Shown: positions 63,823-64,000 of the stretch, in pieces
How the letters are laid out: the number at the start of each line of letters is the position of its first letter
How positions within the stretch are numbered: the first letter of the stretch is position 1
Assembly (NCBI RefSeq): GCF_009914755.1
Contig: NC_060938.1
Reading direction: 5' to 3' (one strand)
DNA: 64,000 bases
DNA from: the human T2T-CHM13v2.0 reference genome, Homo sapiens
Position numbers and translations under genes: made by a program
The notes under the pieces: model-generated
What the model saw: the letters and a program-made list of their open reading frames with translations, nothing else
Told to the model about the DNA's origin: nothing
Database searches by the model: none

Positions 63823-64000
63823 TAGAGAGTTAGTTAGATTAGTTTAAATGGTGATTGGAAGATTAAAAATACATGGTCTGAAGTATGATTTCATGTTTGT
63901 AACATATAAATAAATTCATGAAAATAAAATCAAACTTAGGGAGAGAAAGTAACTTGTGAAATACTCTACAGAGTACGGTGACCCAGCCCTGTGGCACCAT

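Overview
Primate (almost certainly human) genomic DNA, dense in Alu, L1 and DNA-transposon relics. It covers the 5' part of PPP2R5C (PP2A regulatory subunit B56-gamma) on the + strand. Visible parts are the proximal promoter and first coding exon (ATG 7528, [20 protein letters not shown]...), a 94-nt alternative exon at 16577-16670 ([14 protein letters not shown]...) and, after a ~46.6-kb intron, the 200-nt exon at 54271-54470 ([15 protein letters not shown]...). The window also holds a U6 snRNA/L1 chimeric retrocopy and an antisense NPM1 processed pseudogene with an AluJ-type insertion. Nearly all ORFs in the supplied track are repeat-derived or chance, and the real exons are not listed there. 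The most unusual signal is a ~110-bp non-Alu inverted repeat (12159-12266 vs 13616-13732) whose mismatches favour G-U pairs on the sense transcript. Other signals are several candidate poison, cryptic or terminal exons in the long intron, a strong-Kozak uORF before a weak main ATG, and a 54-bp CCAAT-box minisatellite just after the 200-nt exon. Repeat subfamily calls and boundaries were made by eye and are approximate.
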